Under the pieces are notes generated by a model. The model was not told the origin of the DNA, ran no database searches, and saw only the letters and a list, made by a program, of their open reading frames with translations. 53,964 nucleotides of DNA from a virus (taxonomy: Duplodnaviria > Caudoviricetes). How positions within the stretch are numbered: position 1 is the first letter of the stretch; every line of letters begins with the position of its first letter. The translations under genes were made by a program, and so were the position numbers. Below, in pieces: positions 34,787-43,385 of the stretch. The DNA lies in IMG/VR virus record IMGVR_UViG_3300005805_000115, positions 1-53,964 of that record, one strand, 5' to 3'.

Positions 34787-35301
34787 AAGTGCCCGGTGAT
34801 TTGTAAACTGTATCTATCAGTTAGCCCTATGTTGGCCGCCATATGAGGTGTGTCGTAGTACCACTCTACTGTAAATCCCGCCGACCAATTCACATAGGGC
34901 TTGCCATTTACTTCTAAATAGTGCCCCGGTTGCCAATCTTCTAACAAAATCAAGGCTCTTCTGATCCGATGTTCCTGCCCTTTGAGATCGAAAAGTTGCA
35001 CATAGCGTTTGTAAAGATCTTGATGTACAGGCATCACAGTTCCGGTAGGCATCCTGTAAAATGCAACACCAATATCTTTCCATCCCATGCTGTGATATAC
35101 GTCTATCATGCGGTCAGTCCAACTGGGCAGTTGATGTCTCATGTCTGCAAGGTCGCCACAAATTTTTGGTTGATATCCTTGATTCAACCATTGTTGGACA
35201 CTGACAGGGTCATTGAACGGTTCTTGCACATATTGGATGCGTTTGAAATCATCGCCCCAAAATGGGCTATGCCGATACTCAATGACCGCGGGTATTGCCA
35301 T
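34783..35301 (-). CDS. 2OG-Fe(II) oxygenase/cupin-like protein
   Basis: PVHQD (HxD) ... PHMAAN..RYSLQITG. Confidence 0.7.
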   Translation of the reverse strand: MAIPAVIEYRHSPFWGDDFKRIQYVQEPFNDPVSVQQWLNQGYQPKICGDLADMRHQLPSWTDRMIDVYHSMGWKDIGVAFYRMPTGTVMPVHQDLYKRYVQLFDLKGQEHRIRRALILLEDWQPGHYLEVNGKPYVNWSAGFTVEWYYDTPHMAANIGLTDRYSLQITGHL

Positions 35302-36520
35302 AATGCACAACTTCAATGTCGTTGGTAGATGTCAGCTTACGCCATGGATCTACAATGACCGATCCTGCAGGAATTGTGCAATAGGGCTGTGTTTTATTTT
35401 GTTCTCCGGTGTATTCATAGGTAATTTGTCTGTCGTGTGCCCACAAGAACACCGATGGCCATTCTACCTTGCTGATTACCCCTGTGCTATCATCGGCCAA
35501 AGGATCAATGTAGTACACACTGGGCCCCAATCGCTCCACATAATGGCCTACCAAAGTTGAATAACTTCCAATACAATATGGTACATCGGGCTTGTAGGCT
35601 TTGCCATGAATCACAATCGGTAAGTTACCACGCTCTCTACTGATCTTTACCAAATGCTCAGCTAGATTCTTGGCCTGTATTTCTCTGGCATGCATCACTG
35701 TATCAAAAATATCATAACCGATAGCGTATTCTTTGGCCAGCCAACGCAGAGCAATGTTGTCTCGAGGATGGCAGGCTCCAGCATCGCCCATGCCAGCTGT
35801 CATATATTTGGGTCCCATGATACGCATGGTTGATCTGGCCAATGCATTGGTCACAACATCAACATTGATATTGCCGATGCGCATGGCAAAATCTTGAATC
35901 ATGTTTACCAACCCCACTTTGGCAGAGATAAAAGTGTTGTAGAAGATTTTGATTGCTTCACATTCATCCCATGTTCCAATTTCATATCTGGGATTGTTTT
36001 GCATCACTGTGTCATACAGAGCTCGTAGTTCCCCGGCCAGTGCGTTGGGGTTGCCATCTTGGGTGCCGATCATGATCATTTCTGGATTGACCATATCCCA
36101 TTTGACCGAGCCCATGGCAATGAGATACGGGTTATACAAGAATTGATGTCGTGAATCCAGTCTGGGTACAAAGTGTTTGCGTGTGGTGCCAGGTAGCACT
36201 GTGGAAATCAGCACCACTTTCTTTGACCCGTTGGCATGACGATTTATGTTGTCAATGGCATCTAACACAGCATCGTGTCCAAAGTCTTTGGGTTCCATGT
36301 GCGAACTGGGCACAGATCCGTCATAGCCTTCGGCATGCGGTGTAGGTACCGCAATAAAGATCCAGTCACTGTGTTGCACCAGTTCTTCAATGTCACAAAC
36401 TTTGATCAGTTGACTTTCGCGCGGGTAAATATCATAGCCTCTCACTTCGTGTTTTTCGGCCATTACTTCCGCACAATCGAGACCCAACTTTCCTATCCCG
36501 ATAAATCCAATTTTTTGCAT
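35279..36520 (-). CDS. UDP-glucose/GDP-mannose dehydrogenase family protein
   Basis: GIGKLG, AVPTP, STVLPG, YNP, KIFYN, GACHPRD, AYKP. Confidence 0.9.
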   Translation of the reverse strand: MQKIGFIGIGKLGLDCAEVMAEKHEVRGYDIYPRESQLIKVCDIEELVQHSDWIFIAVPTPHAEGYDGSVPSSHMEPKDFGHDAVLDAIDNINRHANGSKKVVLISTVLPGTTRKHFVPRLDSRHQFLYNPYLIAMGSVKWDMVNPEMIMIGTQDGNPNALAGELRALYDTVMQNNPRYEIGTWDECEAIKIFYNTFISAKVGLVNMIQDFAMRIGNINVDVVTNALARSTMRIMGPKYMTAGMGDAGACHPRDNIALRWLAKEYAIGYDIFDTVMHAREIQAKNLAEHLVKISRERGNLPIVIHGKAYKPDVPYCIGSYSTLVGHYVERLGPSVYYIDPLADDSTGVISKVEWPSVFLWAHDRQITYEYTGEQNKTQPYCTIPAGSVIVDPWRKLTSTNDIEVVHYGNTRGH

Positions 36521-37733
36521 GAGCGTTCCTTTAGATAGATTGTACAATTTTCTCAGTGGTTGTTGCAACCAGGATGTGATAATTTATCGTCATTTTCCGT
36601 TCGGTTCAAAAAAATTGTCAGATTGTACACCGGTAGTGCAGCGTACCTGGCAGGATTACATGACCAAGCCGTATGCATTTCATTTTGATCAAGAATGCAT
36701 TGACATCAATCGATTGCCACTGCGAGGCACTGTGATGCGCTGGAACGATCAGTCTTTTCCAACGGAAACCAAATTCTGTTATTTTAGAAACATTTGTGAG
36801 GTCCCTTATCATTTGAGCGATTTGCCTATTGTTGTGCACAGTGAGCAAAATAGCTCTGCTGTAAAAACTTTGCAAAACAATGGGTTTGCCACAGTGCATT
36901 GGTTCAGTCATGGAGCCATTGCCAGGGATTGGTTCAGATATGCCGAGCACGATCCAGCTTTGCAGCAAAAAAATCAAAGTCATAGCAAAAGATTTCTACT
37001 ATACAATCGTGCATGGTCCGGTACCAGGGAATATAGATTGGCCTTGGCAGGCATGCTGGCTGCTCAAGGCCTTGTGCCTCACTGTCTGACTTCTCTGTCT
37101 TTTGTAGATGGCGGTAGGCACTACAGTGAACATGTATGGCGAAACAGTGCCTGGAAATCGTCGTTGGTATTAGAAGATTTTTTTGCAGCCAATATGTTTG
37201 ACAGCACAGCCAGCGCAGACTATGTCACCGAAGATTATCAATCCCAAATTCTAGAAATAGTTTTGGAAACCATTTTTGATACAGAGGCAGTGAGTCTGAC
37301 AGAAAAAAGCCTTCGTCCCATAGCCACTGCCACTCCGTTTGTTGTGGCCGGTGCTCCGGGCAGTTTGCAATACTTACGCAGCTACGGATTTGAAACTTTT
37401 TCGCCCTGGATCAACGAGAGCTATGATCATGAACCAAATGCTGCCAAACGACTGTCAATGATTGTGCAAGAAATGTCTAGATTGGCCGCACTCAGCTCTG
37501 AACAGTTTCGAGTGATGTTGCAAGCCTGCCAACACATTGCATACCGCAATCGAGCTCATTTTTTTAGCTACAGATTTCAACAACAAATTTTTGACGAATA
37601 CCGCAATGGCATTCAAAATGCAGTCAATCAAGCACAAAATCTAGTAGACACAAGTCTATGGAATTTGGTCAAACATCTACACCCATCCAGTCAGCAGCAA
37701 TGGGTAAATCAGTATCTAAGCAGCCGCCAATGA
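36519..37733 (+). CDS. glycosyltransferase-like protein (GT10-like C-terminus)
   Basis: FLLYNR, IVLET, LTEKSLRPI, LRSYGFETF..INESYD. Confidence 0.6.
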   Translation: MSVPLDRLYNFLSGCCNQDVIIYRHFPFGSKKLSDCTPVVQRTWQDYMTKPYAFHFDQECIDINRLPLRGTVMRWNDQSFPTETKFCYFRNICEVPYHLSDLPIVVHSEQNSSAVKTLQNNGFATVHWFSHGAIARDWFRYAEHDPALQQKNQSHSKRFLLYNRAWSGTREYRLALAGMLAAQGLVPHCLTSLSFVDGGRHYSEHVWRNSAWKSSLVLEDFFAANMFDSTASADYVTEDYQSQILEIVLETIFDTEAVSLTEKSLRPIATATPFVVAGAPGSLQYLRSYGFETFSPWINESYDHEPNAAKRLSMIVQEMSRLAALSSEQFRVMLQACQHIAYRNRAHFFSYRFQQQIFDEYRNGIQNAVNQAQNLVDTSLWNLVKHLHPSSQQQWVNQYLSSRQ

Positions 37734-38075
37734 TCTTATCCAAGTCCACGGTTGAGTTGGTGGGCAGTCAATCATGACATTTATTCTCTGTTCTAGATCA
37801 TTGTAAAAAGTATCCAACTGACCATCCCAATGGCCGCGTAGTTTTTCTATGGCCTGCAGACAGAACTGAAAATTTTGCTGTTTGTATTGTTCTATCATAT
37901 CATCGTGTAATTTTTTTAGATGTGGTATGGCCGGTAATTCCATCAACGGTATGTCATTCAACACACACCAAGCTGTGATAGTTTGCCCTGGTTGACCAGT
38001 CTGGAATGTATCTAGTTCAACCACTGTGAAACGTTCTTTGACCAAATCCACACTGTCACCAAAAATTATCTGCAT
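37716..38075 (-). CDS. stand-alone homologue of the cyclase C-terminal domain
   Basis: VKERFTVVELDTF...HDDMIEQYKQQNF...FY..LEQRI aligns by eye with the end of 30058-32115. Confidence 0.65.
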   Translation of the reverse strand: MQIIFGDSVDLVKERFTVVELDTFQTGQPGQTITAWCVLNDIPLMELPAIPHLKKLHDDMIEQYKQQNFQFCLQAIEKLRGHWDGQLDTFYNDLEQRINVMIDCPPTQPWTWIRSLAAA

Positions 38076-38100
38076 GATTTTTTCCTTTTAAATATGTATC

Positions 38101-38892
38101 ATGGAATTTGCATTCGACCTCATTTCTGACCTACATTTGGAAACTTGGCCATCCGAAACAGATTGGTCAGGCATGGCAACCAGCCCACACTGCGTCATTG
38201 TGGGAGATGTGTGTCGTGATAGAACAAAATTGACCCAATTTTTACGACACATGGGAAACTGTTACCAGGGTGTGTTTTATATTGACGGCAATGACGAGCA
38301 CAAGTCATACATGGGCGAACTGGGCGAAAGCTACAGAGATCTACATCACAAAATTGCCCGCATGGCCAACGTTGTGTATTTGCAAGACAATGTGGTTGTG
38401 GTCAATGGAGTAGCCTTGTTAGGCACCAACGGTTGGTGGTGCTACGATTTTGATTTTGCAATAGACAGTGCAGAAACAAAAAAATGGCTGTCTGACAAAG
38501 AAAAATATGACGATATCACCATTGCCCAAATAGCTTCGGCGGCGACCACAGACGCTAGCTATTTGACATCCAGCATCAGAAGATTACAAACTCATTTAGA
38601 TGTCAAAAAAATAGTGGTGGTCACGCATACTGTGCCCCGAGCAGATTTGATCATGCATGATCCACAAATTGTCAACACCTACAAATTCAACTGCATGGGC
38701 AACAAATATCTCAGTGCTGCTTTAGAAATGGACACCGAGCACAAAATTCACACCTGGTGTTTTGGTCATTATCACAACAAAATTGATCAATACCGCGACG
38801 GCATAAGATATGTAAACAATTGTCGCGGACGCGGGGACAGTAAGTATTCGCAATGGGCCTATCACCCATTGCGAATAGTGGTTGATTATTGA
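38101..38892 (+). CDS. calcineurin-like metallophosphoesterase (second copy)
   Basis: SDLH, GD, GNDE, THTVP, GHYH; TAAATA (38089-38094) 6 nt before ATG. Confidence 0.85.
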   Translation: MEFAFDLISDLHLETWPSETDWSGMATSPHCVIVGDVCRDRTKLTQFLRHMGNCYQGVFYIDGNDEHKSYMGELGESYRDLHHKIARMANVVYLQDNVVVVNGVALLGTNGWWCYDFDFAIDSAETKKWLSDKEKYDDITIAQIASAATTDASYLTSSIRRLQTHLDVKKIVVVTHTVPRADLIMHDPQIVNTYKFNCMGNKYLSAALEMDTEHKIHTWCFGHYHNKIDQYRDGIRYVNNCRGRGDSKYSQWAYHPLRIVVDY

Positions 38893-39200
38893 GACTGCCC
38901 TTCGGGTTCTAGTTTGATTTGCAATGGATAACTGTTGGCGCGAGCGTTGGCAGTGACTTCAATGCCTTTTTGCTCTGCTATTTCAAAGGGCAACACAGCA
39001 ACACAGGCCGATCCATCTTCGTGAATATCAACTGTGATTTGCTGAGCGGTTTCTGGGTTATAATCAAAATATTCAATGAGACTGTCTATTACAAATTCCA
39101 CAGTGGTCACATTGTCATTCAAATAGACCACACGAAACATGGGCGGTTCTTTTAGAGCCAAATTTGGTTTGATTCGGGTCTTGGTGTCAGATTGTGACAT
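38886..39200 (-). CDS. clpS: Clp protease adaptor ClpS
   Basis: PPMFRVVYLNDNVTTVEFV, IHEDG, EIAEQK, YPL. Confidence 0.92.
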   Translation of the reverse strand: MSQSDTKTRIKPNLALKEPPMFRVVYLNDNVTTVEFVIDSLIEYFDYNPETAQQITVDIHEDGSACVAVLPFEIAEQKGIEVTANARANSYPLQIKLEPEGQSQ

Positions 39201-39219
39201 TGGTAATTTTCCTTGTGGC

Positions 39220-39251
39220 CAGCGGGGACAAAATTGCCCCCGCTGTATTTA
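39220..39251 (-). promoter_or_regulatory. late promoter TAAATA followed by a GC-rich hairpin
   Basis: TAAATA then CAGCGGGG...CCCCGCTG. Confidence 0.55.
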
Positions 39252-39258
39252 CGCTAGT

Positions 39259-39711
39259 TTAGAGGTTTTGATAGGTGATAGCAATGTTTTTAGGACGAGC
39301 TTCCTCAGGAATCTCCCGTTCTAAATGTATACTGAGTATACCATTGCGAATCACTGCATCTTTGACAACCACGTGTTCAGCCAGTGTAAAAGATTGACGG
39401 AAATCGCGGCTGCTGATGCCACGGTGCATGTATTCCCATTTGGTGTCTTCTTCAGTCTTGCTAGCACCAGTAATGGTCAACACGTGTTTTTCCACGCTGA
39501 TTTCAATTTCACCTTCGGCGAATCCAGCCACAGCCACTTCAATCCGAACTGTGTGTTCACCAGTTTTTATCACATTGTGCGGTGGATAGTTTGAGTTGGT
39601 CTGTTGAGCAGTCACACGCAAGAGTTCATCTAGCATGCTGTCAAAGCCAATACCAAATTTATGCAGTTGCGGCGGGATGTCGAATGTACGAAGGGTCAGA
39701 GTTTTTGTCAT
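39259..39711 (-). CDS. small heat-shock protein (Hsp20/IbpA family)
   Basis: IGFD, NYPPHN, AVAGF, HRGIS.RDF..SF.LAE, NGIL. Confidence 0.95.
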   Translation of the reverse strand: MTKTLTLRTFDIPPQLHKFGIGFDSMLDELLRVTAQQTNSNYPPHNVIKTGEHTVRIEVAVAGFAEGEIEISVEKHVLTITGASKTEEDTKWEYMHRGISSRDFRQSFTLAEHVVVKDAVIRNGILSIHLEREIPEEARPKNIAITYQNL

Positions 39712-39780
39712 GTCTATCTCCTTTCTTAAGCAAGTATGACAATAAGTGTAGCCCGACTATCGGCACTACACAGTTATTTA
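39707..39780 (-). promoter_or_regulatory. ROSE-like RNA thermometer leader of hsp20 under a TAAATA promoter
   Basis: 5' hairpin GUGUAG..CUACAC; CUUGCUU next to AAGGAG SD; GUCAU can pair with AUGAC. Confidence 0.6.
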
Positions 39781-40038
39781 TTATACACGTTTCATTGGTT
39801 CTATAAAAGTATAATTGGTAAGATAATCTCTAAATTCTTCTTCGACCGGGCGCCAGGTCAGGGCAAAAAAGTCATACAAAGCATCATCGTCAAATGTGAC
39901 TTTTACTGTGTGTTTTATGGTTTTTTTGTTATATGACACACTGTAGCGTTCGCCCCAACGCAATAAGTTTCTGCTCAACACATGGTGAATTGAAGCAGCA
40001 CTGCTGGTATCATGGGGCAGTTTGAATTCAATGTACAC
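39781..40038 (-). CDS. hypothetical protein with F-x-L-x-W motif
   Basis: VTFDDDALYDFFALTW; probable GTG start. Confidence 0.6.
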   Translation of the reverse strand: MYIEFKLPHDTSSAASIHHVLSRNLLRWGERYSVSYNKKTIKHTVKVTFDDDALYDFFALTWRPVEEEFRDYLTNYTFIEPMKRV

Positions 40039-40040
40039 AA

Positions 40041-40265
40041 TCAGTACAGCTTGGCAGGCAAAGCTTGATCGGCCAGACGTTTTTGCCAACGGTTTACAGC
40101 CGCAGAGCGTTCACGCTTGCGCCGAGTGGTAGGTTTTTCATAGAATTCCTTGGCTCGCAGATCGTTGAGAACGTTGCTGGCTTGAATTTTTTTCTTGAAT
40201 TTTCTTAGAGCGCGTTCTACATTGTTATCTTGAACTGTTACTGACCTGCCGTTGAGTTTGCTCAT
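40041..40265 (-). CDS. rpsU: ribosomal protein bS21
   Basis: NVERALRKFKKK...EFYEKPTTRRKR; TAAATA at 40290-40295. Confidence 0.92.
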   Translation of the reverse strand: MSKLNGRSVTVQDNNVERALRKFKKKIQASNVLNDLRAKEFYEKPTTRRKRERSAAVNRWQKRLADQALPAKLY

Positions 40266-41454
40266 TATCTACTTTCAATTCTGTGGGAGTATTTACCAAA
40301 TCTTCTGTGATATACAATGTGTGCAAGGCCATCTCATTGTACTTGCACACATTGAACATGTGCGGCAACAATACTCTTTCCAACTCGCTGTGTAATCCAC
40401 GTGCTCCAGTTTTGTTCTTGACTGTGTTCTGTGCAATCTTCAACAATGCTTCTGCTTCAAACTGCAATGCAACGTTGTCTTGTTTGAACAGCCAGGTATA
40501 TTGCTCTACATAACTGTGTTTGATTTCTGTGAGAATTTTGACCAAATCAATCAAAGTGAGTTCCTGCAAGGCCACCCAACTGGGAAATCTACCTACAAAC
40601 TCAGGAATCATGCCAAACTTTATGAGATCATCTGGGCTGGTCTGGTCCAACATGCCTGTTCTGTCTGGGTTTACTTCTGCATTGAATCCAATGGATGTGC
40701 CTCTCACACGATTTCTCACAATGTTGTCCAGGCCAACAAAGGCGCCGCCAGCAATAAACAAAATGTTGGTGGTATCAATTTCTATGACATCGCCTGCAGG
40801 ATGTTTGCGGTTTCCGGAAGGGGTAACTCTGCATTTGGTGCCTTCCACCAGTTTGAGCAAGGCCTGTTGTACACCTTCTCCGGACACATCGCGAGTGATA
40901 CTGGTGCTTTCGCTTTTGCGGCTGATCTTATCAATTTCGTCAATGAACACAATGCCACGTTGTGTTTTTTCTATGTCGCCACCGGCTGCGGCAAACAGTC
41001 GAGAAATCAGGCTTTCTACGTCATCTCCAACATAGCCAGCTTCTGTAAGACTGGTTGCATCTGCAATCACAAAGGGCACATCAAGATATCTAGCCACGGA
41101 GCGTGCCAGCAAAGTTTTACCTGATCCAGTGGGTCCCAACATCAGGATATTGGCCTTGGATATTTCAGTGGTTTGATCTGTGTTATTGATTCGTTTATAA
41201 TGATTGGCAATGGCCACACTCAAAACCATTTTGGCTTGAGATTGTCCAACAACATACTGATCCAGGTGACTGACAATGGCTCTGGGATCCAAACTGGGTG
41301 TGGGCTTACTTTCATTTTGGTCTTGCAATAGACCTGTGCATAGATCAATACAACCATCACATATAGCTACATCTTGACCTACAATCAGTTTTTTTACTTT
41401 ATCTTTGTGTTTGCCGCAAAAACTACACGATTCTGGGTTATCAATTATTTTCAT
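40225..41454 (-). CDS. clpX: ClpX ATP-binding subunit
   Basis: CSFC..CDGC zinc finger, GPTGSGKT, GYVG, DEIDK, RDVSGEGVQQ, IGF loop, GARGL. Confidence 0.96.
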   Translation of the reverse strand: MKIIDNPESCSFCGKHKDKVKKLIVGQDVAICDGCIDLCTGLLQDQNESKPTPSLDPRAIVSHLDQYVVGQSQAKMVLSVAIANHYKRINNTDQTTEISKANILMLGPTGSGKTLLARSVARYLDVPFVIADATSLTEAGYVGDDVESLISRLFAAAGGDIEKTQRGIVFIDEIDKISRKSESTSITRDVSGEGVQQALLKLVEGTKCRVTPSGNRKHPAGDVIEIDTTNILFIAGGAFVGLDNIVRNRVRGTSIGFNAEVNPDRTGMLDQTSPDDLIKFGMIPEFVGRFPSWVALQELTLIDLVKILTEIKHSYVEQYTWLFKQDNVALQFEAEALLKIAQNTVKNKTGARGLHSELERVLLPHMFNVCKYNEMALHTLYITEDLVNTPTELKVDNEQTQRQVSNSSR

Positions 41455-42848
41455 TGTTTTCCTGAAAGTTGCGCAGCCACTTGTTCACGTTCGTTGTCAG
41501 ACAGCAAATCTGGATCGTATCTACCCGATTCGATCTCATTGATCAAATAACTGATGTAGGCTGCGTTGTGCAAGTAAGAATCATTGCTTTGCTTGTCAAT
41601 TTCCATCCAGGTTCGGCCATTCCATTTGTACACGGCGTGTGGTACGGTTTTGATTGATACATGTGTGTCTCCACGGCGTATGGCTTTGGGCAATTCTGTG
41701 CCAAAAGTAGAGCTTATGGGAATAGACAGCAACCAAGGTAGTTCGTCAATTTCACCTTTGTACCATATTCTTCTCTGTTCTTTGAGAGTGCTGTGTGGAT
41801 TGGCTGCTTTCCATTGTTTGATGGCTTGTTTGATTACAGGATTGGATTCGCTGGCAATTTCTTGATCGTCATCAGCAAAATCCTGTGGTTCAACCAAGGT
41901 AGGAGGCACAGCTGGCATGGGTCCTACACTGACCCAGCCCGGTGGCTTGGCATGGAAATTGCCCTTGAAAAGATACGGGTGAGTGTGTATATCCACATTG
42001 TGGTTCACAGGTTCAGGCACTTGTACTGGTTCAGGCGTTGGTGTAACCGCTGCCATGGTTGTGGGCTCAGAATAAATGGGACGGGGTCTGTTCTGTCTGG
42101 CCCATTGAAATTGTTTGTTTGCAGCCAAAATCAAAGTCACTGCCAGCGGATCAAAAACCAGCACAATCATAACAATCATCAAACGTACAGCACGTTCCAG
42201 GGCATTGGTGTCAGGATTTTCGTCGTACACCAAGGCTGCTATATATTTGATAGGACCAACTTCGGCCTCGACCTGGCGTACGGCTGCTGCCAATGGTGCA
42301 CGTTCTTCGTTTAGTTGTGCAATGCGTTTCTGACTGGCTTCGATGTCTCTTGCTATTCTGGTTCGTTCTGCTTGCTGGTTCCGTCTAATCTGCACTGATC
42401 GCTCTACACCTCGTTCGTCGCGCGATCGGCCAACCAGTTGATCCACTGCTTCATCTAGCTGTCGCAGTGTTCTGCGATTGGTTTCAATGTTTTCTCGTTC
42501 GGTTTTGATTTTTTCGTCGTAGATAGCAACTTTGGCCAATGCATCTCCTGACACTATGCTTTGGTCTGAATGAGCTTTGCTCAAATAGCCAAAAATTCCC
42601 ATTGATGTCAGGACCATCAAAAACAGCACAGCAGGAATCAAATAGAACTTGAATGCCCAACCTGCACGACGCCAATTGTTGTGCAGCCAGACAGTGGCTG
42701 CTATTTTACCCAGTTCTAAGCTTCCGCCCATGATAATCACAGGCACAGTGGCAGCCGAGAACACAGCCACCAGGCCCGCCACTGAGTAATAGGCAGCTAC
42801 ACCACTCAGCAACAGTGCCACAAGTAATATTGCAAATCCAAATATCAT
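41451..42848 (-). CDS. membrane protein with long coiled coil (conserved in large phages)
   Basis: AAYYSVAGL, LELGK, TSMGIFGYLSKAH, EVGPIKY, VFDPLA. Confidence 0.75.
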   Translation of the reverse strand: MIFGFAILLVALLLSGVAAYYSVAGLVAVFSAATVPVIIMGGSLELGKIAATVWLHNNWRRAGWAFKFYLIPAVLFLMVLTSMGIFGYLSKAHSDQSIVSGDALAKVAIYDEKIKTERENIETNRRTLRQLDEAVDQLVGRSRDERGVERSVQIRRNQQAERTRIARDIEASQKRIAQLNEERAPLAAAVRQVEAEVGPIKYIAALVYDENPDTNALERAVRLMIVMIVLVFDPLAVTLILAANKQFQWARQNRPRPIYSEPTTMAAVTPTPEPVQVPEPVNHNVDIHTHPYLFKGNFHAKPPGWVSVGPMPAVPPTLVEPQDFADDDQEIASESNPVIKQAIKQWKAANPHSTLKEQRRIWYKGEIDELPWLLSIPISSTFGTELPKAIRRGDTHVSIKTVPHAVYKWNGRTWMEIDKQSNDSYLHNAAYISYLINEIESGRYDPDLLSDNEREQVAAQLSGKQ

Positions 42849-42853
42849 AGCAT

Positions 42854-43171
42854 TTATTTAGCGACCACACTAACGGGCTCAACTGCTAATTTTACTGCAC
42901 ACCATGTGGCAAACGCCGGGTCAGGTACATCAAACCAAACCGATAAAGGCACCGCTGTTTGGTATCTCAGTCTTTCCAGCTTGCGTTTGACTCTAGGTTG
43001 CGTGGTCCAGTTCTTACCATAGGCCAGTCTGGCTTCTTTCATTATACCATACCATTGCTGCTTATCAGCAAGTTTGAAAGTGATTCGGTGCATGACCAAA
43101 GGCGTTGTTCTAAGCGAATTGAGTGACTCAGACATGCTCAACGCAGAGGCCTTTGTTTCAATAGACATCAC
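42854..43171 (-). CDS. hypothetical protein
   Basis: 105 aa, AAAGGA SD, behind a long structured leader. Confidence 0.65.
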   Translation of the reverse strand: MMSIETKASALSMSESLNSLRTTPLVMHRITFKLADKQQWYGIMKEARLAYGKNWTTQPRVKRKLERLRYQTAVPLSVWFDVPDPAFATWCAVKLAVEPVSVVAK

Positions 43172-43356
43172 TGTCCTTTCTAGATTGTTCTTCTCGGCAT
43201 ACTCCCCGGACTATCCCGGGTTTTGATTCATCACTGAATCGAAGTCTTTGTCGCATCCTTGGGATTTATATTCACTTGCCACGGTCCTGGTGGCCCCGGG
43301 TCAAACTAAACCCACCATACCATTGAAATTCCCGATCTCTTTGGTCATGCACAGTA

Positions 43357-43385
43357 ATTATACTAGATTTCCTACGGGCAGTCAA
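43357..43385 (-). promoter_or_regulatory. sigma70-type promoter
   Basis: TTGACT-17-TATAAT. Confidence 0.8.
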
